64,000 bases of DNA from Candidatus Poribacteria bacterium (GCA_965215015.1 OZ244042.1:4960001-5024000); one strand, 5' to 3'. Shown: positions 41,126-51,362, counted from the first letter of the stretch. Notes: a model not told the origin generated them from the letters alone. Made by a program: numbers and translations.

Positions 41126-42070
41126 TCAAAATTTAACAACAAAGGAGGTATACTCTCCGCTGTGAGGACGCGCTTCGGCTTTGACATCTTCGACTTTGGC
41201 GGCGGGCGGTCCCTTCCACAAGATGGCCACAAACGCATTCAGCGTCGCTTTATCCCCCTCGGCGATAACCTCCACCTTACCGTTGGGCAGGTTCTTCGCA
41301 TAACCGTGAACCCCAAGTTTCAGAGCGTTTTGTCGGGTGAAATGACGGAATCCAACACCCTGGACCTTGCCACTGATCAGAATATAGCGTTGCATTTTCT
41401 GGTTCACCTCAATTGTAACTTTCACCGATGTACCGAGTGGCGGCAGGGCCTTTGCATTCTTCTTGTAAGGACTCTCTTCGGAAGGAATCGGACTTTGAAA
41501 TAACGCACTACCATCGATATAGCTCAGGGCGATGATATCGTTGCCGACGAATGCTTGAGGGATCATCGCATCCTCGTCCTCGCTGTCAAGATCAGGAATC
41601 TCACGAGACCCGGAAAAGACCCACGCGACGTGCTGCATCGGTTTTTGGGTCCGGGTGTCGTGGAGGAGGTCTTCAGCGCGAACCTTTTTGGGCTTGTCGT
41701 TTGCCTCCCATTCGACGAATACTAGGACACCGGTCCCTGTGGCACCGATCGTCTCATCTTTCTCTTCGTCATACATAGGTGGGAGACCTCTTTTAACGCC
41801 GAGTTTGAGCATTGCGTCGTGGATTTCCTGCGCGGAGCTATTGACGACAATAATACTCTCGTATTCTTTGCCTCCCCGTCCACAGAGCAGGTATTCCACA
41901 GCTCCCTTTAGATGCTTGTCATAGGTGCCGAGGGCTTTGGAGATTTCACCGGTGAGCACAAGCTTCTGCTCGCCCTCCAAAATTTGGAGGTTTTCTCCCC
42001 CTTGGCTGAGGGCGACCCAAACGAAACTCAACGCGATAAGACAGGAAATGTGTCGAAACTTGTGCAGCAT
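41126..42070 (-). CDS. Signal peptide + YdjY-like domain + C-terminal acylphosphatase fusion
   Basis: VEYLLC..GGKEYES, WVFSGS, LPPLGT; then ISGKVQGVGFR, GYAKNLPNGKVEV, GPPAAKV. Confidence 0.8.
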   Translation of the reverse strand: MLHKFRHISCLIALSFVWVALSQGGENLQILEGEQKLVLTGEISKALGTYDKHLKGAVEYLLCGRGGKEYESIIVVNSSAQEIHDAMLKLGVKRGLPPMYDEEKDETIGATGTGVLVFVEWEANDKPKKVRAEDLLHDTRTQKPMQHVAWVFSGSREIPDLDSEDEDAMIPQAFVGNDIIALSYIDGSALFQSPIPSEESPYKKNAKALPPLGTSVKVTIEVNQKMQRYILISGKVQGVGFRHFTRQNALKLGVHGYAKNLPNGKVEVIAEGDKATLNAFVAILWKGPPAAKVEDVKAEARPHSGEYTSFVVKF

Positions 42071-42323
42071 TCGTTTTACCCCTTGTTGATAGGTGAAAAT
42101 TATAACACACAAATATTAAATATAAATTAAGATTCTGTAAAGTGTTTTGTCGAGATATGAATCTTGACCTCCTCAACCACGAGCAGGGAGCGTCTTGATT
42201 TATCATGCAACCTCCAATGTAACACACATGGTGCCCCACTGGGCCTTGGAGTCTCGAACACTCGCTACTATATATCTTGTGTAGATTGAAAACTAAATGC
42301 CCCTCCCTGGCCTGGACATTTAG

Positions 42324-42352
42324 TTGACATTTTTTTCAAATTGTGCTATCGT
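42324..42352 (+). promoter_or_regulatory. Sigma70 promoter of array gene 1 (equivalents in units 2 and 3)
   Basis: TTGACA-17 nt-TATCGT with TG; units 2 and 3 read TTGACC-17 nt-TATCAT. Confidence 0.7.
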
Positions 42353-42388
42353 AGAAACAGGTCGTATAACTGAAAAGGAAGGTTTATC

Positions 42389-42667
42389 ATGGAGTTTTCA
42401 ATTGCCGAGCTTGTGGCTATTGGTGCACTCATTCTAAATGTCATTGTGTATTTCTCTCGCGTTCCGACTCGAAAGGATTTGAATGATTTGCGTATCGAGT
42501 TACGCAATGAAATCGGGGATGTACGCAATGAAATACGCAGCGAAATAACAGAATTACGCAATGAAATGAACGTGAGGTTTAGCAAACTTGATGAAGGTTT
42601 TACTAATCATCTCATGTTTATGCACGGTGACTCTCGTCAACCTCCTACTCAGGGTGAAGATAAATAG
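42389..42667 (+). CDS. Small N-terminal TM + coiled-coil protein, copy 1
   Basis: RBS AAGGA; hydrophobic residues 4-22; RNE heptad repeats. Confidence 0.85.
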   Translation: MEFSIAELVAIGALILNVIVYFSRVPTRKDLNDLRIELRNEIGDVRNEIRSEITELRNEMNVRFSKLDEGFTNHLMFMHGDSRQPPTQGEDK

Positions 42668-43004
42668 TTAGTTGTAGCACTTTTAACATGGAGACGCCGA
42701 TTTCGCTGATCCCCTTTTAACGCCAAGTCGCAATGAGTTTAAAATTCTTTTCTTTGCGGCCCTGCCTCCTACTTGACGATAACCATTCTACGGGTTTCAG
42801 TATAATGGTCGGCGTTCAATGTATAAAAGTAAACCCCACTGCTGACCCGCTCTCCGCTTTCGTTACGACCGTCCCAATAGACCGCTTGCTCGCGGGTAAG
42901 GTTGAAAACTAAACGCCCCTAATTGGTTTGGACATTTAGTTGACCTTCTTTTCAAATTGTGCTATCATAGAAGCGAATCCCATAACTGAAAAGGAAAGTT
43001 TATC

Positions 43005-43283
43005 ATGGAGTTTTCAATTGCCGAGATTGTGGCTATTGGCGCGCTCATTCTAAATGTCATTGTGTATTTCTCTCGTGTTCCGACTCGAAAGGATTTGAAT
43101 GATTTGCGTATCGAGTTACGCAATGAAATCGGGGATGTACGCAATGAAATACGCAGCGAAATAACAGAATTACGCAATGAAATGAACGTGAGGTTTAGCA
43201 AACTTGATGAAAGTTTTACTAATCATCTCATGTTTATGCACGGTGACTCTCGTCAACCTCCTACTCAGGGTGAAGATAAATAG
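43005..43283 (+). CDS. Small TM + coiled-coil protein, copy 2
   Basis: Two substitutions versus copy 1 (L8I, G70S). Confidence 0.85.
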   Translation: MEFSIAEIVAIGALILNVIVYFSRVPTRKDLNDLRIELRNEIGDVRNEIRSEITELRNEMNVRFSKLDESFTNHLMFMHGDSRQPPTQGEDK

Positions 43284-43620
43284 TTAGTTGTAGCATTTTT
43301 AACATGGAGACGCCGATTTCGCTGATCCCCTTTTAACGCCAAGTCGCAATGAGTTTAAAATTCTTTTCTTTGCGGCCCTGCCTCCTACTTGACGATAACC
43401 ATTCTACGGGTTTCGGTATAATGGTCGGCGTTCAATGTATAAAAGTAAACCCCACTGCTGACCCGCTCTCCGCTTTCGTTACGACCGTCCCAATAGACCG
43501 CTTGCTCGCGGGTAAGGTTGAAAACTAAACGCCCCTAATTGGTTTGGACATTTAGTTGACCTTCTTTTCAAATTGTGCTATCATAGAAGCGAATCTCATA
43601 ACTGAAAAGGAAAGTTTATC

Positions 43621-43920
43621 ATGGAGTTTTCAATTGCCGAGATTGTGGCTATTGGCGCGCTCATTCTAAATGTCATTGTGTATTTCTCTCGCGTTCCGAC
43701 TCGAAAGGATTTGAATGATTTGCGTATCGAGTTACGCAATGAAATCGGGGACGTACGCAATGAGATTGGGGACGTACGCAATGAAATACGCAACGAAATA
43801 ACAGAATTACGCAATGAAATGAACGTGAGGTTTAGCAAACTTGATGAAAGTTTTACTAATCATCTCATATTTATGCACGGTGACTCTCGTCAACCTCCTA
43901 CTCAGGGTGAAGATAAATAG
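43621..43920 (+). CDS. Small TM + coiled-coil protein, copy 3 (extra heptad)
   Basis: Additional IGDVRNE repeat. Confidence 0.85.
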   Translation: MEFSIAEIVAIGALILNVIVYFSRVPTRKDLNDLRIELRNEIGDVRNEIGDVRNEIRNEITELRNEMNVRFSKLDESFTNHLIFMHGDSRQPPTQGEDK

Positions 43921-44021
43921 TTAGTTGTAGCACTTTTAACATGGAGACGCCGATTTCGCTGATCCCCTTTTAACGCCAAGTCGCAATGAGTTTAAAATTC
44001 TTTTCTTTGCGGCCCTGCCTC

Positions 44022-47000
44022 CTACTTGACGATAACCATTCTACGGGTTTCGGTATAATGGTCGGCGTTCAATGTATAAAAGTAAACCCCACTGCTGACC
44101 CGCTCTCCGCTTTCGTTACGACCGTCCCAATAGACCGCTTGCTCGCGGGTAAGGTAGTATCCCATCGGTTTTAATCCTACATCAATGGTTCTTACCAAGT
44201 GGCCGCTCACATCGTAGATTTTTACAGTTACCGTTGCCCGTCCCGATAGTTGATAAGGTATCCATGTCTCCGGGTTGAAAGGGTTGGGGTGGTTGCGGAG
44301 GAGTTTGGTCTCCTGGACGCTTTGGTTCGCGATTAACAGGTAGTGGCGGAGAAGTTGGATGGCGCCCTCCAAATGTGACGTCTTGTTTGGCTCTGCTTCT
44401 AACTCGCCCAAGGCGCGTTGTATCGCAATGATTTCCTTGGGAGTGGACGGGATGGATTTGATGATATCTATCTGAGCAGGTGCGGCAGCGACATTTTCCC
44501 CGAGACGTTCTGCAACGAATACAAGGTCTAGGATATTCACTTGCCCATCTCCGTTGACATCCGTCCTTGAGTTAGATGGCAGCTTTTCTCCAAAGCTTTG
44601 TGCCACAAGAATCATATCAAGGATGTTGACAACTCCGTCCTGATTGACATCTCCATTGGGTTCAGGTTCTGCTACGGTAATCAGCAGATCCGCCCAGTGT
44701 GCCCAGTCACAACCTGCGCTTCCATTGGGATCGGTGACCAATTCCAACAGAACGGTTTGACTCGCAAACTCAGAGAGGGGCAGGACCATGTCTACCCAGT
44801 CAGCGACCTCAATGAGGTGTTCAAACCGTTTTTGTCCGTTGAGAAGAACTTGAAAAAGAACGCCATTGCTACAAGGATTATCCTTTAGTACCATTGAGAA
44901 GGAGAAAACTAGCCCTTGAGATTGAGGAAGGTGAAGTGGAAACTGAAGAATAGTCTGCCCATTTGTAGGGGGAGGTGCATAGATGCTCGGCTTGCGTTCT
45001 CCGTTGGGGTTTTCAACGGTTGTGCGTTTACCTGAGTCCCATACATTTCCCATTTGAAAGATACCATCAAACTGAAGTCCGGCGATGAATTGTGTTTCTC
45101 CGAGATCATAAGGGGGCACGACTTGTTGACCGGGTGCGAGGAAAAAGAGGGGTTGTGCGGGGAGCACGATATCGAGACGGTAGTGTCCGCCACCGATATG
45201 GCGGAGTGTATCGGGGAGGCTCGCTGTGGGTTCAATCGGAAAGAAAAAGCCGACCTTTGTGAGTGAGTTATCAGGTTTGGAGATGATTTTGGGTTCGCCC
45301 CACACCGCCCAATCCCAACTGGTATTACCATACAATCCTGGGGTGGTAGTAAAACGGAGTTTGACAAGTTTGCCCCGATAAGGGGACAGATTAAGGGTTA
45401 CAGGCTGCCATTTTTGTTGGTTGTAGTGTTGATGAAAAATTTCATCGCCTTGGACGGAAATAACGAAGGTAACACCATCGGATTTTTCGGAACCTTCCCA
45501 CAAACCGATATAGAATTGCAGACGAATATCAGGGCTATCTGGCAGCAGAAGTGTAAATTCTCCAAATGTGTCGCCGCCATCACCTTGAAAAGGGGGATGG
45601 GCGTTGATTTCCTTCTTGGTGATGCCTGCGAGAGTGCTCTCAGATTTTCTGAAGGTTGCGCCTTTTCCTAGAGGCAATTCCGTTCCATTGACAACGATTC
45701 CGGTTCTTGCCAAATGGAGTTGTGATAATAGATTAATTTCGAGTGAGACATTGGTCTTTTCCAGTCGAAAGAGGGCAGCGTTTTCGGTGATCCGGGTTTC
45801 GGTTACAGAGACACCCGGGGGCAGGGCGTTGATATGCAGTTGAGATAGATCGCGGGGTATGTTGTCAAGGAGATAGGATTTGCCCGGGTCTAAACCAAGG
45901 AGAAGTGTCTCGTTATAGGCACGCCAGTGGGGGAGGGTTCGATGTGTTTGCACCTCTGTAACGCCGTAGACCCGTTCATATCCATCGTCTTGGGGTAGGC
46001 TGAGGGTGGAGCCTGTAGGTGTGCGTTGGTAAGTTGCGATTTCGCCAGTTCGGGTTGTGTATTGGAAAAGGGTGTCGGCTCCCCAGTCGGATTCAAAGTC
46101 GGGCTTTAGACCGAGCTCCTGCCACGCGCGGGCTACGGAGAGTATCTGCTGGGTTAAATGTCCATTCAGTTCTTTTAACCCCCAGATGCGGACGGTGGGT
46201 AGAATGCCCCAACTCTCATAGGAGTTTAGGAAGCTTTGATAGAACAAGGGGTCGATTTCCAAAGAGGGGAGTCCGAGATAGCCATAGGGACGTGTGTAAG
46301 GGAGGAAGAGGAACGCGCTGATAGGATGGGGTGTTGTTTTTTCTAATGAGACTGGCCAACGTTGGGCGAAGCTCTCACGGAAGAAGGTGACTTCGTGGAG
46401 GTGTTCACCGCTGAACACAACACCGGGCATGGCTTCTGCCAGTTCTTTGTGGAGTAGGACGTTACCTTGGGCGGCGTTTAAGCCTTCAATTAACCCATTT
46501 GCGTCATTCACAATAAGGTGACTAATATCAAGATGAAAAGCATCAACTTTGTATTTCTCATAGTGCTCTTTAAGCCGTTCAACAAGGAGGTTTCTAAATT
46601 TAGAACTGGCGTTATTTATCCAAGCATGACGCTTGGGGTTGTCCATTTCATCCCATTTCCAGCCGATGAGATTTCCACTCCATGGATCTCGAAATTGCAA
46701 ATGTTGAAACTCAGGGTAGAGAGGATGATAGGTGGAGATGCCGACAAGGTTGACATGCGGCATGACTCGGAAACCGTGCTGATGGGCAGCTTTAACGAAC
46801 TCTCCGAAATTATCTCTTGGCGTATAATCAGGGTAATTGACATCATATCCATCTTTGCGCCAACCGACCAAATAAAGTAGGGTTTTGGGGGGATCTACCT
46901 GTTCTGCGAGTCGATCCAGTGTTTTTAGGTTAAAACTAGCTTGAATCGTTACTAAGCCGATGTCATCAACCCACGTAGGTGCCTCTGAGAGTCTCCATGG

Positions 47001-47813
47001 GTCGAAAGTCTTTTCCATCCAGTCGCGATAGATCTGGGCAGGGCCGCGATAGTCGCCGGCGTATGTGTTCAATCGCCATACTATCGACTTCGCGGTGGTA
47101 AGCGTGTCCCAAGGTGCTTGATTGTGGACTTCAAAATGGAGAGCGAGGCTCTCACTGTCTTTTTGGCAATTGAGCCTTTTGAACTGGAAGGTTTCATCTG
47201 TCCCGCGGATATAGAATCCCCCACGTTCTCCTTGGATAATGGCGAGTTGTGCTTCCCAGGGACCGGGGTATCGATAGTTCCTTGCGTCAAATGGGGATAA
47301 GGCATTGATGACTTGTCCACCGCGGGCAGGAAGAATGAGATCCAGATTTCGGATATCCAGACCACCACAACCCCACTGGATCCCGTAAACGCCAGCGGTA
47401 TCTGATATACCCTCTTGTTCAACGAGCAAATCCCCAGTGTTCGGGTCAACGGCGATGGAGAGGCGGATTTCGTTTCTGCCTTGACGGAATAGGATTTCGG
47501 CTTCGAGCGGAGTAATCTGTCGCGCCTCTGTCAGTATGGACTCACGTGTATAAACATTTCTGTTTTTCGTCCTGAGTATGCCGGTCTGTCCTCGCTTCCC
47601 TGTTGGTGTACCATCAATGCCGAGTGGTAGGGTATAGGTTTCGTTTGTCAGTTTGTTATAGAGTTGAGTGATGACGCCACGGTCGAATTGGACAGTGTAG
47701 GTATCGGTTTCGACCAAGACGGTCTCGCCATCAATAGTAATATCAGCAAAAGCCGTTTGAAAATAAAATATGTTCAAAATCCCATTTAACATTACTATGA
47801 TTAAAGTACGCAT
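44022..47813 (-). CDS. Large secreted protein: glycoside hydrolase-like barrel, beta-sandwich modules, dockerin-like repeats, FlgD-Ig/T9SS-like tail
   Basis: Signal peptide; GW....YD..YPDY, FHLD; GDVNQDGVVNILD and DVNGDGQVNILD; PNPFNPETWIPYQL...WDGRNESGERVSSGVYFY. Confidence 0.88.
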   Translation of the reverse strand: MRTLIIVMLNGILNIFYFQTAFADITIDGETVLVETDTYTVQFDRGVITQLYNKLTNETYTLPLGIDGTPTGKRGQTGILRTKNRNVYTRESILTEARQITPLEAEILFRQGRNEIRLSIAVDPNTGDLLVEQEGISDTAGVYGIQWGCGGLDIRNLDLILPARGGQVINALSPFDARNYRYPGPWEAQLAIIQGERGGFYIRGTDETFQFKRLNCQKDSESLALHFEVHNQAPWDTLTTAKSIVWRLNTYAGDYRGPAQIYRDWMEKTFDPWRLSEAPTWVDDIGLVTIQASFNLKTLDRLAEQVDPPKTLLYLVGWRKDGYDVNYPDYTPRDNFGEFVKAAHQHGFRVMPHVNLVGISTYHPLYPEFQHLQFRDPWSGNLIGWKWDEMDNPKRHAWINNASSKFRNLLVERLKEHYEKYKVDAFHLDISHLIVNDANGLIEGLNAAQGNVLLHKELAEAMPGVVFSGEHLHEVTFFRESFAQRWPVSLEKTTPHPISAFLFLPYTRPYGYLGLPSLEIDPLFYQSFLNSYESWGILPTVRIWGLKELNGHLTQQILSVARAWQELGLKPDFESDWGADTLFQYTTRTGEIATYQRTPTGSTLSLPQDDGYERVYGVTEVQTHRTLPHWRAYNETLLLGLDPGKSYLLDNIPRDLSQLHINALPPGVSVTETRITENAALFRLEKTNVSLEINLLSQLHLARTGIVVNGTELPLGKGATFRKSESTLAGITKKEINAHPPFQGDGGDTFGEFTLLLPDSPDIRLQFYIGLWEGSEKSDGVTFVISVQGDEIFHQHYNQQKWQPVTLNLSPYRGKLVKLRFTTTPGLYGNTSWDWAVWGEPKIISKPDNSLTKVGFFFPIEPTASLPDTLRHIGGGHYRLDIVLPAQPLFFLAPGQQVVPPYDLGETQFIAGLQFDGIFQMGNVWDSGKRTTVENPNGERKPSIYAPPPTNGQTILQFPLHLPQSQGLVFSFSMVLKDNPCSNGVLFQVLLNGQKRFEHLIEVADWVDMVLPLSEFASQTVLLELVTDPNGSAGCDWAHWADLLITVAEPEPNGDVNQDGVVNILDMILVAQSFGEKLPSNSRTDVNGDGQVNILDLVFVAERLGENVAAAPAQIDIIKSIPSTPKEIIAIQRALGELEAEPNKTSHLEGAIQLLRHYLLIANQSVQETKLLRNHPNPFNPETWIPYQLSGRATVTVKIYDVSGHLVRTIDVGLKPMGYYLTREQAVYWDGRNESGERVSSGVYFYTLNADHYTETRRMVIVK

Positions 47814-47830
47814 TGCGCTTACCTTATTAG

Positions 47831-48085
47831 TTAGGAGTTACGCAGTTGAACGCTCAAAGGGCCGATGTTGTTGCGTTGGAACAACGCTTACAACATCGGG
47901 GATTCATCACCACACAATATGACTCACGCCGCCCGACAAATCGGGCAACTACAATTAATCCTACAGTAGTAGGCACGCTCTGCGTGGCATCATTGGCACA
48001 ACGGTTACGGCATACGCCGTATGCCGGCTACCTTAAAGACGCGGGTTGAATTGCGCGCCTACCAACTCAAGTGCGTAACTCCTAA
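47831..48085. mobile_element. Intact 255 bp IS701-type MITE
   Basis: Perfect 14 bp TIRs TTAGGAGTTACGCA / TGCGTAACTCCTAA; TTAG direct repeats at 47827-47830 and 48086-48089. Confidence 0.85.
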
Positions 48086-48321
48086 TTAGTCGCAGGTTGC
48101 TAGCTGGTAAGCCAAGGGTCAGAAATCGACACGAGAGTCGGGAATTGGAATGCCCCTCTGTTCTGAGAGCTTTCAACCTATACAAAACAGGTAGTAGAGC
48201 ACGTCCCCTCTGAATCGCGACCCTGACCATTTACACATATCGTAGAGAACACCGATTGTTGTTCTCTACTAAACGAGGGCACCTCGATTGACCAACCATT
48301 TAATAAAGCAGCTTACTTCCA

Positions 48322-49551
48322 TCACGTCGATCCAGCCAGTCCATGTGCCACCTTGTTGATTGCCGTGGCGATGTCCCGAATGTCGTCCAGGCTCATGTGC
48401 TCGTGGATGCCACGGACGACTACTGTTCTCAAGCCTTCAACTGCGCCGGGCACCAGTTCGGGACCGTAATGGTATTCACGGCTGACATACGGACTGTTAA
48501 ACGGGAACTGGCTATCGCCGTAGGTGCGTCCTTTCGTCAGAAAGTCGCCCCGCATATAGATTGGATCCTTGATGTAATGGGCACCCATCGAGACGCCTTC
48601 GGCAGAGATTGCCTTACAAAATTCGTCGGGATCGTGCCCAGTAACGTGAAAGATATAGTTCCACCAAGAGACCTCGCGGTCAGATGGCAGCGGGACAGCC
48701 ACGATGCCGGGGGCGTCGGCAATCAGTTCGGTGAGTAACCTTCCGAGCGCGATGCGTCGCTCGACGACATCCCCCAGTTTCTCAAGTTGCGCCAAACCAA
48801 CAGCACCCTGCATCTCTGTCATACGGTAGTTGGGGGCGAGGAAGGCGTGGTCACGGTCGCCCATGTATTGATAGTCCCAACCTTTGTCCGAAAAGAGTTT
48901 CAAACGGATATAGGTTTCCTGATTGTTGGTCAGAATCATCCCACCGTCGCCCGTAGTCATGTGCTTCGATTGCTGAAAGCTAAAACACCCCATGTGCCCA
49001 AATGTCCCGGCGTAACGTCCCTTGTACTTCGTTGCGTGGGTTTGGCAGCAGTCCTCAATTAGGATGACGTCATGCTTTTTAGCAATTTTCACGACTTCAT
49101 CAATATCGCACGGATGACCAAAAAGATGTACCAGAATAATGGCGCGGGTGCGGTCGGTAATGTTTGCCTCAATGGATTCAGGGGTCATGTTCAGGGTCTT
49201 GGGATCTACATCGGCAAAAACTGGCACGGCATTCTGCATTAAGATTGGCATAACACTGCCGGGGTCAGTGATCGGCGCGGTGATAATTTCATCGCCGGGG
49301 TTGGGATTGACGACACCCACCGCTGTATGGATGGCAGCGGTCCCGCTCGTTGATGCCTGTGCATGTTGTGTGCCGTAAAACGCGGCAAATTCCTTTTCTA
49401 ACTCTTTGACGAACGTCCCGCTTTTGACAAAAAGGGTCTGACTACGCACAGCCTGAAGCAGAAATTGCTCTTCACGTTCTCCGAACGGAGCGCGCTCCGG
49501 GAAGGGGGTGGTTCGTAACTTAGGCCCACCGCGGATGGCGAGTTTTTCCAT
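48322..49551 (-). CDS. DegT/DnrJ/EryC1/StrS PLP aminotransferase
   Basis: SGTAAIH, VHLFGHP, IEDCCQ, SFQQSKHMTTGDGG, NYRMTE; RBS AGGAGG. Confidence 0.93.
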   Translation of the reverse strand: MEKLAIRGGPKLRTTPFPERAPFGEREEQFLLQAVRSQTLFVKSGTFVKELEKEFAAFYGTQHAQASTSGTAAIHTAVGVVNPNPGDEIITAPITDPGSVMPILMQNAVPVFADVDPKTLNMTPESIEANITDRTRAIILVHLFGHPCDIDEVVKIAKKHDVILIEDCCQTHATKYKGRYAGTFGHMGCFSFQQSKHMTTGDGGMILTNNQETYIRLKLFSDKGWDYQYMGDRDHAFLAPNYRMTEMQGAVGLAQLEKLGDVVERRIALGRLLTELIADAPGIVAVPLPSDREVSWWNYIFHVTGHDPDEFCKAISAEGVSMGAHYIKDPIYMRGDFLTKGRTYGDSQFPFNSPYVSREYHYGPELVPGAVEGLRTVVVRGIHEHMSLDDIRDIATAINKVAHGLAGST

Positions 49552-49582
49552 TTGTGCCTCCTTACCGATATCGAGGTTTGAC

Positions 49583-51352
49583 CTATCTGTTGTTATGCCG
49601 ATGATTTCTTTCGCTTCTATGCTCCTCAAATCGCTCTAACATCTCCATCGCTTCATGCCCTTCTTCCGAATTGGGATATTCCTCTACGAGCCCCCGCAAA
49701 AGTTTCAATGCGATGCTCGGATTGCGCCCTTGCTCTAACTGATAGTACGCGACATGTAACTTTGCTGACAGGGCTTCCCGGCCGCCGGGGGCAATGATTA
49801 AAATCTGGTTCACCTGATTAAGCATCTTATCAAACTCGCCTTTGATACCGTAGCACTCCGCAAGGTGCTCACGCGCCTGGAGTTCAATCAGCAGATCGTC
49901 ATAATCTTCGATGAGCCGTGTATTAACTTTGATTGCCTCATCCCAATTATCCTGCCATTTGACGATGACAGCTAAACCGCGTAAAGGATCCAATGCGGCG
50001 GCGGGACTGGTCGCTCTATCCACGGCTTGACGGAGTATTCTCGCAAGTTCGGGGAGTTTACCTCTCTCTTCCAATTCGGGGAGGAGGGCTTCTTCGGGCA
50101 GGGCTTCGATCAAACGGTGGATGACTTGCAGACGCAGATGCGGATTGGGGTGAACGAGGAGGGACCTAAAGAGATCAACTGCTCTTTCGTGTTGGTTAGT
50201 TCTCCAATAAATTTCGAGGAGTTGCAGCACGGCTTTCTGAGCGTGCTCGGTTTGCGGATAGGATTCTACCAGCTCTTTGAGTATTGATTCTGCGCGCTCG
50301 TAGTTGGAACGCTCGATATGGGCTTCGGCGAGATTGATTAATACCTCTGCATCAAATCTATCCGGCAGTCCCTCGACAGAGAGTTTAGTCAATAGCGCAA
50401 CCGCTTGATCCGATTTTCCCAACTGCTGGTAAAGTTGGGCCACCCGACGGAGTGCCCACCGGGCTTGATCGGTTCCACGAAACTCACTGGCGATGAGAAA
50501 CGCTTTGACAGCAGCCTGCAAGTCGTCCTTTTCTTGGTGCATATCGCCTAGCATTGACCAAACATGGACCATGTTCCAGTGTGCAGGATAGGTTTCAATC
50601 GCTTCATTACACGCCTCGATTGCGTGATCGAATTTTCCCATTTCCCGATAGGTTGCAGCAAGTTGAACGGAGGCTTCAACACGGTATGGCTGGGTCTTCC
50701 GTATTTTCTGAAATAATTCGATTGCCTGTTGAGGCTCCCCACGCTCATCACGATACTGTTCGCCTAAACGGAGCGACACCCAGAACGTTTTCTCCTGAAA
50801 GGGATACCGCTGGAGCATCTGATCGATTCGGCGTCGGGCCTCTTCAAGCCGACGCCGCTCTAGGTACGACACCGTGATACTCTCCATCGCCTCAAGAACG
50901 AAGTCATCTCCGATGAATCTTGCTTCAATCTTATCTACTAGTTTGTCGGCGTTATCAAGATTGCCTGTCTCAATCGCGTTATGAAGTTCCCACATCAGGA
51001 CCTTTGCCTGCTCTTCGGGAGAGGACATTTCGGCTTCAGCCAAAATCGCCTGTGCTTTTTCAGGATGCCCGAGTGCGGTATAGCATTCACTCAGTTTTAA
51101 GCGTGCCCAAGTTGACTCCCAACGCCGTGGGTCATAGGCAATTAGGCGTTCACACTCTTCGATGACAATCTGGTACTGTTTCTGGTGGAAAAGTTTTTCT
51201 ATCTCTTCGATGGGTTTGGCAACGAAGTCCTCCTCTTCTTTAGCGGATGCGGGGCCGCCTGCTGCGTCAGGGGGTAAGGAAATCGTTTCGGCGAATCCCC
51301 ATTGACACATTGTCAACACAATTAGGAGAAAAATCGTGAGAATCTGCATCAT
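49583..51352 (-). CDS. Secreted tetratricopeptide repeat protein
   Basis: Signal peptide; many TPR repeats ending in ..YP. Confidence 0.88.
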   Translation of the reverse strand: MMQILTIFLLIVLTMCQWGFAETISLPPDAAGGPASAKEEEDFVAKPIEEIEKLFHQKQYQIVIEECERLIAYDPRRWESTWARLKLSECYTALGHPEKAQAILAEAEMSSPEEQAKVLMWELHNAIETGNLDNADKLVDKIEARFIGDDFVLEAMESITVSYLERRRLEEARRRIDQMLQRYPFQEKTFWVSLRLGEQYRDERGEPQQAIELFQKIRKTQPYRVEASVQLAATYREMGKFDHAIEACNEAIETYPAHWNMVHVWSMLGDMHQEKDDLQAAVKAFLIASEFRGTDQARWALRRVAQLYQQLGKSDQAVALLTKLSVEGLPDRFDAEVLINLAEAHIERSNYERAESILKELVESYPQTEHAQKAVLQLLEIYWRTNQHERAVDLFRSLLVHPNPHLRLQVIHRLIEALPEEALLPELEERGKLPELARILRQAVDRATSPAAALDPLRGLAVIVKWQDNWDEAIKVNTRLIEDYDDLLIELQAREHLAECYGIKGEFDKMLNQVNQILIIAPGGREALSAKLHVAYYQLEQGRNPSIALKLLRGLVEEYPNSEEGHEAMEMLERFEEHRSERNHRHNNR

Positions 51353-51362
51353 CTAGACCTCC

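Larger units (their letters stand above)
42286..44155. repeat. Tandem array of three units with 616 bp period
   Basis: Units start at 42286, 42902 and 43518; third unit has a 21 bp internal expansion; each has promoter, small gene and about 133 bp of the 3' end of the 44022-47813 gene. Confidence 0.95.

Noticed and set aside
42497-42506. GAGTTACGCA inside the array minigene matches the IS701 end core
   Set aside because: It is E-L-R-N coding sequence within the heptad repeats; no partner end or target duplication
42346-43838. Antisense ORFs with ISLR repeats
   Set aside because: Mirror of the heptad repeats; the plus strand has promoter, RBS and TM helix
42286-44155. Possible CRISPR-like array
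   Set aside because: Units are 616 bp near-identical blocks with no unique spacers, and no cas genes are present
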